Assembly: GCA_963741945.1 (NCBI GenBank)
Contig: CAVUKA010000001.1
Location: 1,056,001 to 1,120,000, forward strand
DNA: 64,000 nt
DNA from: an uncultured Gemmatimonadales bacterium
GTDB lineage: Bacteria; Gemmatimonadota; Gemmatimonadetes; Longimicrobiales; RSA9
Direction of reading: 5' to 3'
In this document: positions 29,206 to 39,370 of the stretch, one piece after another
Layout of the letters: each line of letters opens with the position of its first letter
Numbering within the stretch: position 1 is the stretch's first letter
The notes under the pieces: generated by a model
Told to the model about the DNA's origin: nothing
Databases searched by the model: none
Seen by the model: the letters and a program-made list of their open reading frames with translations, nothing else
Translations under genes and position numbers: made by a program

Positions 29206-30543
29206 ATGGGCCGGACACGGACATTGATTCTTGGAGCCGCCGGACGCGACTTCCACAACTTCAACGTACTTTACAGGAACGACCCCGACACCGAGGTGGT
29301 GGGATTCACAGCCGAGCAGATCCCCCACATCGACGATCGCCGCTATCCGCCCGAGCTCGCGGGCGAGCTTTACCCGAACGGGATTCCGATCCACCCGGAG
29401 CGCCAGCTGGAAGAGCTGATCGCCGAGCTCGATGTCGAGCGCTGCATCATGGCGTACTCGGACGTCTCCTACGCCTACGTCATGGGGCTGGCGGCCCGGG
29501 TCAATACGGCTGGCGCGGATTTCACAATGCTGGGCGCCGAGCCCACCATGGTGAAGTCCACCAAGCCGGTGGTGGCCGTCTGCGCATCCCGCACGGGCGC
29601 CGGAAAGAGCCAGACCAGCCGCGCCGTGGTCCGGCTGCTGCGCGACGCGGGGAAGAAGGTGGCGGTGATCCGGCACCCCATGCCGTACGGCGACCTGGTC
29701 AAGCAGCGCGTCCAGCGCTTCGCGACCGAGGAGGACCTTGTTCGGCACGAGGTCACCATCGAGGAGCGCGAGGAGTACGAGCCGCACATGGCGGCGGGCA
29801 GCGTGGTGTTCGCCGGCGTGGACTACGAGGCGATCCTGCGCGAGGCGGAGAAGGAAGCGGACGTCATCCTCTGGGATGGCGGCAACAACGACTTCTCCTT
29901 CTACAAGCCGGACGTGTACATCACCCTCGTGGACCCGCACCGCGCCGGGCACGAGCTCAGCTATTATCCCGGTGAGATCAACGTCCGTCTGGCGGACGCG
30001 GTCCTGGTGAACAAAGTTGATACGGCGTCCATGGACGATGTGCTCCAGGTCGAGGACAACGTCCGGAAGGTGAATCCGGGAGCGGTTCTCCTGGAAGGCG
30101 CTTCGCCTCTCTTCCTCGACGACCCGGACGTGCTCCGCGGACGTCGCGTCCTGTGCATCGAGGACGGGCCGACGCTGACGCACGGCGGGATGACCTACGG
30201 CGCCGCGGTGATCGGCGCGCGCAAGGCCGGCGCCGCGGAGCTGGTCGACGCTCGGCCGTTCGCCGTGGGCGAGATCGCGAGCACGTTCCAGCGCTATCCC
30301 GGAATCGGCACCCTGCTCCCCGCCATGGGGTACGGTGAGCAGCAGGTGAAGGATCTCGAGGCGACGCTGCGCAAGGCCGCCGAAGGTGGCGTCGAGGCCG
30401 TTGCCATCGGCACGCCCATCAACCTCGCGCGGCTCGTGGACATTCCGGTGCCGTACACGCGCGTCCGCTACGAGCTCCAGGTGATCGGGAGCCCGACCCT
30501 GCGTGACGTGCTGGCGCCGGTGCTCGGGACGTCGCCGAAGTAG
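29206..30543 (+). CDS. arcE: Arginine synthetase ArcE-like / cyclic 2,3-diphosphoglycerate synthetase-family P-loop protein
   Basis: GAAGRDFHNFN, YPPELAG.LYP.GIPI, RTGAGKSQTSR, RHPMPYGDL, TIEEREEYEP, WDGGNND, EDGPTLTHGGM, LPAMGYG. Confidence 0.75.
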   Translation: MGRTRTLILGAAGRDFHNFNVLYRNDPDTEVVGFTAEQIPHIDDRRYPPELAGELYPNGIPIHPERQLEELIAELDVERCIMAYSDVSYAYVMGLAARVNTAGADFTMLGAEPTMVKSTKPVVAVCASRTGAGKSQTSRAVVRLLRDAGKKVAVIRHPMPYGDLVKQRVQRFATEEDLVRHEVTIEEREEYEPHMAAGSVVFAGVDYEAILREAEKEADVILWDGGNNDFSFYKPDVYITLVDPHRAGHELSYYPGEINVRLADAVLVNKVDTASMDDVLQVEDNVRKVNPGAVLLEGASPLFLDDPDVLRGRRVLCIEDGPTLTHGGMTYGAAVIGARKAGAAELVDARPFAVGEIASTFQRYPGIGTLLPAMGYGEQQVKDLEATLRKAAEGGVEAVAIGTPINLARLVDIPVPYTRVRYELQVIGSPTLRDVLAPVLGTSPK

Positions 30544-30594
30544 AAGAGGGGCCGAGCCGGTCGGGGCCCGAGAAGTCCGCGGGACCCGGGAACG

Positions 30595-30626
30595 GCGGCC
30601 ACCGACCCCGGTCGGTGGCCGCTTTC
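30595..30626 (+). terminator. Intrinsic terminator-like hairpin after arcE-like gene
   Basis: GCGGCCACCGACC-CC-GGTCGGTGGCCGC followed by TTT. Confidence 0.55.
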
Positions 30627-30711
30627 GCGGGCCTGCCGCGTGTTCGTTCTGGCGTCTTTCCCCGCCGGGGGTCGGAAAGACGTTCATTCACGAGGTAGAG
30701 GAGGGAATGCC

Positions 30712-31191
30712 ATGCGACGAATCGCACCACTGGCGGCCATTGCCGCCGCGCTCGCCATTGCTGCATGCGGAAAGGAAGAAGCCCCGCCGGTGCGATCGCA
30801 GCAGGCACAGGTGGACACGGCGGCTCAGGCGTACAATCCCGTCATGTTCGATACCGTGAAGTGGGCCAGCGAGAGCGAAGCCATCGCGCGCGGGCGCGAC
30901 ATCTTCAAGTGGGCTTGCGCCGAATGCCATGGCCCCGAGGGCCTCGGCGACGGCGGCCGCGTCATCGACGGGGACACCCTCCATCCCCCCTCGTTCCGGC
31001 AGCCCGGCTGGCGCTTCGCCAACGATCCCGCGGCGCTGCAGAAGCAGGTGTTCGTGGGCAATACGCTCGGCATGCCGCACTGGGGGCTGCGCGAGATGCG
31101 CCCGCGGGACATCGTCGCGGTGGAGAAGTACATCCGGCTGGAGCTGATCCGGGGCGGCGCTTCCCAGAGTGGCACGCCAGGAGCGGAGTAG
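30712..31191 (+). CDS. Monoheme c-type cytochrome lipoprotein
   Basis: lipobox-like IAAC, CAECH heme motif, distal MP.W; RBS GAGGAGG. Confidence 0.88.
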   Translation: MRRIAPLAAIAAALAIAACGKEEAPPVRSQQAQVDTAAQAYNPVMFDTVKWASESEAIARGRDIFKWACAECHGPEGLGDGGRVIDGDTLHPPSFRQPGWRFANDPAALQKQVFVGNTLGMPHWGLREMRPRDIVAVEKYIRLELIRGGASQSGTPGAE

Positions 31192-32758
31192 TCCCGGGAG
31201 CGGAGAGCGTCGCCGGCTGAATATACCCGCCGGCGATGCCGTGGCCGGGGTGAGCATGGCATTCATCCTCATCCCGCAGGCGCTGGCGTATGCCCAGGTG
31301 GCGGGCATGCCGGCTCACGTGGGCCTCTACGCCGCCGCCCTGCCACCGCTCGCGGCAGCGTTCTTCGCCTCATCGCCATGGCTCCAGACGGGGCCCTCGG
31401 CCGTCACCGCGATCCTGACGGCGGGGGCCCTCGCGCCGCTGGCCGTGCCGGGAACGCCCGAGTACGTTCGGCTCGGCGCGCTCCTGGCGCTGGCGGTGGG
31501 CGTGATCCGGATCGCGTTCGGCGCACTGCGCGCGGGGCGGATCGTCTTCCTCATGTCCGAGCCCGTGCTGCGCGGGTTCACCGTGGGCGCTGCGATCCTG
31601 ATCCTTCTCTCCCAGATCCCGTCGGTGCTGGGGCTCGCGCCGAGTGATGCCGGGATCGGGGCGGCGCTCGCGGCCGCGACCCGTGTATCCGAGTGGAACC
31701 CGCAGGCGCTGGGGCTGGCCGCCGGCACCATCATCATCGTGGCCGTGGCCCGACGGATCCACCCGCTGGTTCCGGCGATCGTGGTGGTGACCGCGGGCGG
31801 GATCTGGCTCAGCGCCCGCGGCCTGTACCACGGCCCGACCATCGGCGCGGTGCCCGAGGGACTCCCGCCGCTCGGGCTGTCCTTCCCCTGGCGATCCACG
31901 CCCTGGCTGCTGCTTCCCGGCGTGGTCATCGCGCTGGCCGGGTTCTCGGAAGCGGCGTCCATCGCCCGGACATACGCGGCGAAGGAGCGGCAGCGCTGGG
32001 ATCCCGACCGCGAGTTCGTGAGCCAGGGCGTGGCGAATCTCGCGTCGGCCGTGAGCGGCGGATTCCCGGTGGGCGGCTCCTTCTCCCGCAGTGGGCTCGC
32101 CCACCTGGGCGGGGCGCGGACGCGCTGGAGCGGCGCCATAACGGGGCTGACCGTGCTGGCGTTCCTCCCCTTCGCCTCGATCCTGGCCCCACTGCCCGTG
32201 GCGGTACTCGGTGCGCTCGTGATCGCCGCCGTCTCGGGGCTGATCCGAATCCAGCCCCTGACGTGCCTCTGGCGCATTTCGCGCCCCCAGTTCGCAGTGG
32301 CCGCCACCACGTTCGTCCTGACGCTCGTTCTCGCGCCCCACATCGAGCAGGCAGTGATTCTCGGCATCCTGGCGGCCGGCGCCGTTCACCTCTGGCGCGA
32401 GCTGCACCTGGGGCTGGACGCATGGGCGGATGATGACGAAACCCTCAACCTCCGGCCCCATGGCGTGCTCTGGTTCGGCTCGGCGGAAGTGCTGAAGGCG
32501 TCGATCGGCGACATGGTGGCCGATCACCCGAAAGCGCGCCGCGTCCGCCTGCACATGGAGCACCTCGGACGGGTGGATATCACGGCCGCCCTCGTCCTCA
32601 ACGAGAGCCTGGCCACACTGCGGAGCGGCGGCCTGGACGTGGACGTCACGGGGATTCACCCCGAGACCGCGCGGGCGCTGCGCGCGGTGGTGGGGCCGGA
32701 TGGCGAGCCCCCGCCCATGGCGTGCGACGAGTCCGCCGCGCCCGCGACGCGAAAGTAG
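31169..32758 (+). CDS. SulP/SLC26 anion transporter with STAS domain
   Basis: IPQALAYA..AG.P..GLY, TGP, SQG.AN, GGSFSRS, C-terminal STAS-like LWFGS…DITA; start uncertain. Confidence 0.88.
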   Translation: MARQERSSPGSGERRRLNIPAGDAVAGVSMAFILIPQALAYAQVAGMPAHVGLYAAALPPLAAAFFASSPWLQTGPSAVTAILTAGALAPLAVPGTPEYVRLGALLALAVGVIRIAFGALRAGRIVFLMSEPVLRGFTVGAAILILLSQIPSVLGLAPSDAGIGAALAAATRVSEWNPQALGLAAGTIIIVAVARRIHPLVPAIVVVTAGGIWLSARGLYHGPTIGAVPEGLPPLGLSFPWRSTPWLLLPGVVIALAGFSEAASIARTYAAKERQRWDPDREFVSQGVANLASAVSGGFPVGGSFSRSGLAHLGGARTRWSGAITGLTVLAFLPFASILAPLPVAVLGALVIAAVSGLIRIQPLTCLWRISRPQFAVAATTFVLTLVLAPHIEQAVILGILAAGAVHLWRELHLGLDAWADDDETLNLRPHGVLWFGSAEVLKASIGDMVADHPKARRVRLHMEHLGRVDITAALVLNESLATLRSGGLDVDVTGIHPETARALRAVVGPDGEPPPMACDESAAPATRK

Positions 32759-32792
32759 GCGGCATCCAGGCCGCGCGAGCGGCGGGCGGCTG

Positions 32793-34214
32793 TCAGCGGC
32801 CGGTGGCTGCGGTGGCGGGCGGGTGGGTGTCCGCGCCAGGCTGCTCCATTGCATGCACCTGCCGTCTGGCCCGTCGCAGCTCGCGCTCCTTCCACCAGTC
32901 CTCGAGCCTGAGATAGCTGCGGAGCGTGTGCCCGAGCAGGCTGCGCAGCGGCTCCGGCGGCCACGGGAGCACCCTGCGATTGACGAAGGGGGACCGGGTC
33001 AGGTCGGTCTTCTGCCCCAGCACCAGGTCACGGAGCGCCTGTGCGTTCAGGTGGGTCATGGCCACGCCGTGGCCGATGCACCCGACGCTGTAGGCCGCGC
33101 GCTCGTCGCCGAGGTATCCGATGGCCGGATTCAGATCGAGCGTGACGGAGAACGGCCCGCCCCACTGGTGCGTGAAGCGGATGTCGCGCAGGTGAGGGAA
33201 CGTGACGCGGAGGTGCTCCTGCTGGTCGCGCCACGCCACTTCGCTCCGGTCGCCGTCGAGGTCGTTCGCCCAGGTGAATCCCACGGGGCCCGCGCCAATG
33301 GCGATCCGGTTGTCCGTAGTCAGCCGGAAAAAGTGAATCAGGTTCCGGGCGTCCTCGACGCCCTCCCGCCCCGTCCACCCGATTGGCTCCAGCTGCTCCG
33401 GCGTGAGCGGCTCTGTGCACTGCATGTGCGTGAACGCCGGAACCTGCTTCCGGCGGGTGGGCGCGAGAAGGTGGGCGTACGCATTGGTGGCGAACACCAC
33501 CTTCTCCGCCGTCACCGTGGCGCCGGGGACCTCCAGCGAGAAGTGCCGGCCGCGGCGGATGCGGGTGACCGGCGTGTTCTCGAACACCTGCGCGCCCACG
33601 CGCTGCGCCAGCTCCTTTTCCGCCCGGACCAGCTTGAGCGGGTGGATCAGGAGCATGCGGGGCTCCCAGAGCGCGCCCAGATGGATGGGTGAGTTGACGC
33701 GGTCGCGCGTCTCCCGTTCGTCGAGGAAGTAGATGTCGTCGAAGCCGAGCGAGTTCATGAGGTCGACCTCGCCCCTCAGCTTCTTCAGGTAGCTCGGGGT
33801 GGTGGCCACGCGAAGGAACCCTGGCCGCGTCCGCTCGCAGTCGAGCCCCTCCCGCTGGATCAGGTCGTCCAGCGCCTCCACCGCCTGCACCATGTACCGG
33901 TGCGCTCGCCGCAGATAGTCCTTCCCCTTGAGCAATGCCGTAGCCGAGAAGCCGAGCCCGACCACCGTCATGGCGAAGGAGCCATTGCGACCACTGGAGC
34001 CGAACCCGATCTCCCGCGCCTCCAGCACCGCCACCGACAGCCCCGGGTCCGCCCGCCTCAGCTCGTACGCCGTGGTCAGCCCCGTGAACCCGCCGCCGAT
34101 GACGGCCACGTCAACAGCCAGGTCTTCAGTGAGCGGCGCTCCGGGCGTATAGGATCCGTACGTCTCGCGCCACAGCGAGTGCGGCGCCTCTGGAAGAGGC
34201 AGCGGCAACGACAT
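32793..34214 (-). CDS. FAD-dependent amine/amino-acid oxidoreductase (PuuB/DadA family)
   Basis: [41 protein letters not shown]. Confidence 0.85.
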   Translation of the reverse strand: MSLPLPLPEAPHSLWRETYGSYTPGAPLTEDLAVDVAVIGGGFTGLTTAYELRRADPGLSVAVLEAREIGFGSSGRNGSFAMTVVGLGFSATALLKGKDYLRRAHRYMVQAVEALDDLIQREGLDCERTRPGFLRVATTPSYLKKLRGEVDLMNSLGFDDIYFLDERETRDRVNSPIHLGALWEPRMLLIHPLKLVRAEKELAQRVGAQVFENTPVTRIRRGRHFSLEVPGATVTAEKVVFATNAYAHLLAPTRRKQVPAFTHMQCTEPLTPEQLEPIGWTGREGVEDARNLIHFFRLTTDNRIAIGAGPVGFTWANDLDGDRSEVAWRDQQEHLRVTFPHLRDIRFTHQWGGPFSVTLDLNPAIGYLGDERAAYSVGCIGHGVAMTHLNAQALRDLVLGQKTDLTRSPFVNRRVLPWPPEPLRSLLGHTLRSYLRLEDWWKERELRRARRQVHAMEQPGADTHPPATAATGR

Positions 34215-34364
34215 TGGGGGGCTCTCCGTTCGGGGTTGTGAGAACGTCGGGCGGTGTCTTGGGGGCTCGGCGGTATGATGGCACCGGCCGCCGCGCCTCA
34301 CAAGCGGCGGCGAACGTCTCGCGCCGCGCGGCACCGCCCGTCCACTATCGGCGGCGGAGACGGC

Positions 34365-35579
34365 TCAGGAGCGGAGCCTCAGCCAGGCCAGGACCACCGC
34401 CACCGCCAGGATCACCAGCAGCCCGGTCAGCTGCAGCGCCCGAAGCCCACGCGGCCGCTCGTCGGAGAGCGACCGCGTGCGCTCGATCCGCCCGGCGCTG
34501 AGGTCGAAGAACCACCCGAGCACCAGAGCGACGGGAAGCCCCGCCAGCGTCGCGGTCACGATCACTTCGGCCGTCCACGGCGGGACATTGAACGGGAGCG
34601 CGGGAAGCGCGGCATCCACCAGCGACAGCACGATGAGTGTGAACGCGCCGTACCCGGCGCCCACCTTGTAGACGTGCCGCCGCTTCAGCTCCGCCAGGAA
34701 GCTCCCGATGGCGCCCTGGGGCGGCGCCGCGGCGCCGCCGGTGAGGCGCGCCCGCAGCAGCCCTGCCGAGGGTCGCTGCTCCGGTCGCTTCTGGAGGCAG
34801 CGGAGGAGGATGTCCTCCATCTCCGGGCCGATGTCCGCCCGCAGGGCCCGCAGACGGGCGGGCTCCTCCGCGAGGTGCGCCCGGATCTGGTCGGCCACCC
34901 GCGTCGCCCCGGGATACGGCCCGTTTCCGGTCAGGAGCTCATACGCGCTCACTGCCAGGGAGTAGATGTCGGAACCGGGCTGGATCGCGTCGCCCTTCAG
35001 CTGCTCGGGCGGGGCGTAGCCGACCTGCCCCAGGATCTGGCCCGCGCCCGTCAGCCGCGTGGCCGCTTCCCCGCCCGTCTCCAGGACCCCCGCGACGCCG
35101 AAGTCCGCCAGGACGATGCGGCCGCCATCGCGGGTGCGCATGATGTTGCCCGGCCGGACGTCGCGATGGATGATCCCGAGCGCATGAGCGGCTTCCAGCG
35201 CGCCACACACCTCCGTCAGCACCTCGCGGACCTCATCCTCGCTCAGCCTGCCGCCGGCCGCCAGGATGTCCGCGTACGTGCGCCCGTCGATGTACTCCAT
35301 CACCAGGTAGGGCCGTCCGTCCGACAGCTCGCCCACCCGATAGACGGAGACGACGGCGGGGTGGTGGATCTTGGCAGCCAGCCGCGCTTCGCGGACGAAG
35401 CGCTGGCGCGCCGTATCGTCCGCCGCCAGCGACCTGCGGAGCACCTTCACGGCCACCGGGCGGTCGAGCGCCCGCTCGCGGCCCAGGAACACCTTTGCGA
35501 ACGCCCCCTCTCCGAGCGGGCGCACCACGTCGAAGTCCGTGCCGAGGTCTTCCCGGAGCGTTTCAATGGCGGGTGTCAT
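34365..35579 (-). CDS. Membrane-anchored Hanks-type Ser/Thr kinase (atypical loops)
   Basis: LGEGAFA, VAVK, HRDVRPGN, DFG, YAPPE; C-terminal AELKRR.VY… three-TM module. Confidence 0.85.
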   Translation of the reverse strand: MTPAIETLREDLGTDFDVVRPLGEGAFAKVFLGRERALDRPVAVKVLRRSLAADDTARQRFVREARLAAKIHHPAVVSVYRVGELSDGRPYLVMEYIDGRTYADILAAGGRLSEDEVREVLTEVCGALEAAHALGIIHRDVRPGNIMRTRDGGRIVLADFGVAGVLETGGEAATRLTGAGQILGQVGYAPPEQLKGDAIQPGSDIYSLAVSAYELLTGNGPYPGATRVADQIRAHLAEEPARLRALRADIGPEMEDILLRCLQKRPEQRPSAGLLRARLTGGAAAPPQGAIGSFLAELKRRHVYKVGAGYGAFTLIVLSLVDAALPALPFNVPPWTAEVIVTATLAGLPVALVLGWFFDLSAGRIERTRSLSDERPRGLRALQLTGLLVILAVAVVLAWLRLRS

Positions 35580-35795
35580 GCAGGGCAAGATGCACTGCCG
35601 GCCTCTGGACTGCCACGATCCCGTGTCCCGCGACCCCGCGCGACCCAGATCCCGGCGTTTGCCGGCGCACGGCGCCCGCCCGCTCCGCGATCCACCCCGC
35701 CCGCGCGGCGCAACGACATGGTTGGAAATGAACGGCGGGCACTGTATCCTGGGGTCGGATAGCCAGCCCCTGTCTCTCCGTCGGAGCCCCTCAAC

Positions 35796-38532
35796 GTGAT
35801 CGACGTTCTCAACCGCGCCCTCGCGCCGCGGTACCGCATCGAGCAGGAGCTCGGTGAGGGCGGCATGGCCAATGTGTACCTGGCCGAGGACCTGAAGCAC
35901 GACCGCCGGGTCGCCCTCAAGGTGCTGAAGCCGGAGCTCGCCGCCGTGGTGGGCGCCGACCGGTTCCTGGCCGAGATCAGGACCACGGCCAACCTCCAGC
36001 ACCCCCACATCCTTCCGCTCTTCGATTCCGGCAGCGCGGACTCTTTCCTCTTCTACGTGATGCCGTTCGTGGATGGAGAGAGCCTGCGCGAGAAGCTGGA
36101 CCGGGAGAAGCAGCTCTCCGTGGACGAGGCCGTGGACATCGCCCGCAAAGTGGCCGCGGCGCTCCATTACGCCCACGAGCAGGGCGTGGTGCACCGGGAC
36201 GTGAAGCCCGACAACATCCTGATTTCACGAGGCGAGCCGCTGGTGGCGGACTTCGGCATCGCCCTGGCGCTGGCGGAGGCGGGTGGCGGCCGGATCACGG
36301 AGACCGGGCTCAGCCTGGGCACACCGCACTACATGAGCCCGGAGCAGGCATCGGGAGAGCAGGGGCTGGACAAGCGCAGCGATGTCTACGCGCTGGCATG
36401 CGTGCTCTACGAGATGCTCACGGGAGAGCCGCCGTTCGGCGGCCCCACCGCCCAGGCCGTGCTGGCTCGCATCCTCACTGGCGAAGCCCGCCGCGTCTCC
36501 GATACGCGACGGACCGTCCCGCCCCACGTCGACGCCGCCGTGGCCCGAGCTCTGGAGAAGCTCCCGGCCGACCGCTTCCCCTCCGCCGACGCGTTCGGCC
36601 GCGCGCTCGCCGACCCTTCATTCCGGCACGCTTCCGCGGAGCCGGCCGCGACGATCGGAAGCGGGCGGGGGCGCCGGCTCCTCGCCCGACCCGTCACCCT
36701 GGCGGCTTTCGCGGGGGCCCTGGCCATCGGCGTCCTCGTGGGTTTCGGCCTGCGCGCGCCCGCGAGCGGCGCGGACCGGTTCATCGCTTCCATCCAGTTC
36801 CCGGACGACCAGCGTCTGCTCGACGCGCCGGGCGGGTCTCCCATCGCGCTCTCGCCGGACGGCTCCACGCTGGTGTACATGGGACCCGGCGCGGGACAGG
36901 GGTGGCAGCTGTGGGCGCGACGGGCGAACGCGCTGCGGGCAACGCCGGTGCCGGGGAGCCAGAACGCCCTCACGCCCGTCTTCTCCCCGGACGGCTCGGC
37001 CGTGGCCTTCATCGACGGTACGGACCTGAAGGTCGTCGACCTCCGGGTCGGGACGCCCCGGACGCTGGATGACGACGCCTACCTCGTCGCGGACTGGACC
37101 GCGGACGGCTACCTGTACTACCTCGCCGCCGCATCCAACACCTGGTATCGGGTCCGGGCCGCGGGCGGGGAGCCGGACACGGTCCCGGGGCTGAGCCCCA
37201 ACGATGCGCCCCAGGGGGTGGGGACGCCGCCCGCCTTCACGTTCGGCGACGTCCTGCCCGACGGCAGGCACGGCGTGTGGACCCGGGTCCTGATCAACGC
37301 GAACCGGGCGCAGCAGTCCATCGCCGTGGTGGACCTGGAGACCGGCGAGCAGCGGGAGATCGCGCGCGGCGCCTCGCCCCGGTATCTGCGCAGCGGTCAG
37401 CTGGTCTGGATCTCGCCAGAGGGCGTGCTCCAGGCAGCGTCCTTCGAATGCCGGGGCGGGCAAGCTCACAGGTCCGCCAATCCCCATCGCCGAAGGCGTG
37501 GGCAGCGACGGCCAGGGCGGCGCCCATGCCGCCGTCTCCGAGTCCGGCGACGTGGTCTACGTCCTCGGCGCCGCGGGAGGCGCGGGCATGAAGCTCGAGT
37601 GGGTGGACCGCGGCGGCGACACCACGCTGGTGGACCCGGACTGGAAGATCCAGCCCGTGGCGGCCGGCAACTGGAACGGCGCCGCGCTGTCGCCCGACGG
37701 CTCCAGGATCGCGGTCACCGACGGGTCGGTGGGCGGGAGCCAGCTGTGGGTCCGCAGCGCGGCCGGGGACGCGCCGCCGTCACGGATCACGTTCTCCGGC
37801 AGCTTCCACGTTCGCCCCCGCTGGACCGGCGATGGGCAGGCCGTAACGTTCATCTCGGACCTGGGCGGCGAGGGCAAGCCGACGCAGGTCTGGACGAAGG
37901 CCGCCGATGGCAGCGGCGCCCCGCGCCCCCTCGCGGCCGACACCATCGAGATCGAGGAGGCCGTCGTCTCACCGGACGGCCAGTGGCTCGTCTACCGCCG
38001 CGGCGGGACCCGGGTCGGGCGCGACATCTACGCCCGCCGCCTCGACGCCGCCGCGGACTCGGCAGGCCACCCGCTGGTCGCAACGGATGCGGACGAGAAG
38101 TCGCCGCAACTCTCCCCCGACGGCCGCTGGCTCGCCTACACGTCGGACGAGAGCGGGCAGCTCGAGGTCTTCGTGCGCCCCTTCCCCAACGTGGCCGACG
38201 GCAAGTGGCAGGTCTCGGTGGGCGGCGGCTTCAGCCCGCTCTGGGCGCACAATGGCAGGGAGCTGTTCTACATCGGCAGCCGGGACGGCGCGCACATGAT
38301 GGCCGCGCGCGTGGAAGCCCGCGGCGGCTCGCTGGCGGTGGTGTCCCGTCAGCCCCTGTTCGCCATCGGCGACCAGTACGTCGACCAGAACTACACGGCG
38401 TTCGACATCACCCCGGACGACCAGCGCTTCCTCATGTTCTCCTTCGGCAGCAGCGGCGGCGGGACCATGGTCTGGGAGCGGAACTGGCTGGACGAGTGGC
38501 GGCGTCGGGCGGCGGGAGCGAGCGGGACATGA
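35796..38532 (+). pseudogene. Ser/Thr kinase-TM-TolB/PD40 propeller gene with +1 frameshift at ~37447 (real lesion or sequencing error)
   Basis: kinase motifs HRDVKPDN/DFG/YMSPEQ; deleting one A in TTCGAATGCC restores FDAGAGKLTGPPIPIAEG (paralog FDLERLEISGPAVPVAEG) and joins ORF 37498-38532. Confidence 0.85.
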
Positions 38533-39370
38533 GCGACATCGTCGCCCGGCTGAACGCGGCGCTGGAAGGCCGCTACCGGATCGACCGCCAGCTCGGGGAG
38601 GGCGGGATGGCCACGGTCTTCCTGGCCCACGACGTCAAGCACGACCGGCAGGTGGCGATCAAGGTGCTGAGGCCGGAGCTGGCCGCGGTGGTGGGCGCCG
38701 ACCGCTTCCTGTCGGAGATCCGCACCACCGCCAACCTGGAAGACCCGCACATCCTCCCGCTCTACGACTCGGGGGAGGCGGACTCCTTCCTCTTCTATGT
38801 CATGCCCTACGTCGAGGGCGACTCGCTCCGGGACCGGCTGCGCAGGGAGCACCAGCTCCCGGTCGAGGAGGCGGTGGACATCGCCCGGAACGTGGCCGGC
38901 GCCCTCGCCTTCGCCCACCAGAAAGGGATCGTCCACCGTGACATCAAGCCGGCCAACATCCTGCTCCGGCGAGGCGAGCCGCTGGTGGCGGACTTCGGCA
39001 TCGCGCTGGCGCTGTCGGAAGCGGGCGACGGTCGGTTGACGGAGACCGGGCTGAGTCTGGGCACCCCGCACTACATGAGCCCGGAGCAGGCGTCGGGGGA
39101 ACGGTCGCTGGACCCGCGCAGCGATGTCTACGCCCTCGGCTGCGTGCTCTACGAGATGCTGACGGGCGAGCCGCCGCACGCCGGCCCAACGGCGCAGGCG
39201 GTGCTGGCCAAGATCCTCACCGAGGAGCCGCGGCGGGCGCGCGCGGTGCGGCGGGCCGTCCCCGAGAACGTGGACGCGGCGCTGGCCAAGGCGCTGGAGA
39301 AGCTGCCGGCGGACCGGATGCCGTCGCCGCGCGCCTTCGCCGAGGCGCTGGACGACCCGGGCTTCCGCCA
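35826..39370 (+). repeat. Paralogous duplication of kinase-domain DNA (~35826-36625 vs ~38570-39370)
   Basis: long shared strings, e.g. GAGGCGAGCCGCTGGTGGCGGACTTCGGCATCGC and CCGCACTACATGAGCCCGGAGCAGGC in both copies. Confidence 0.8.
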
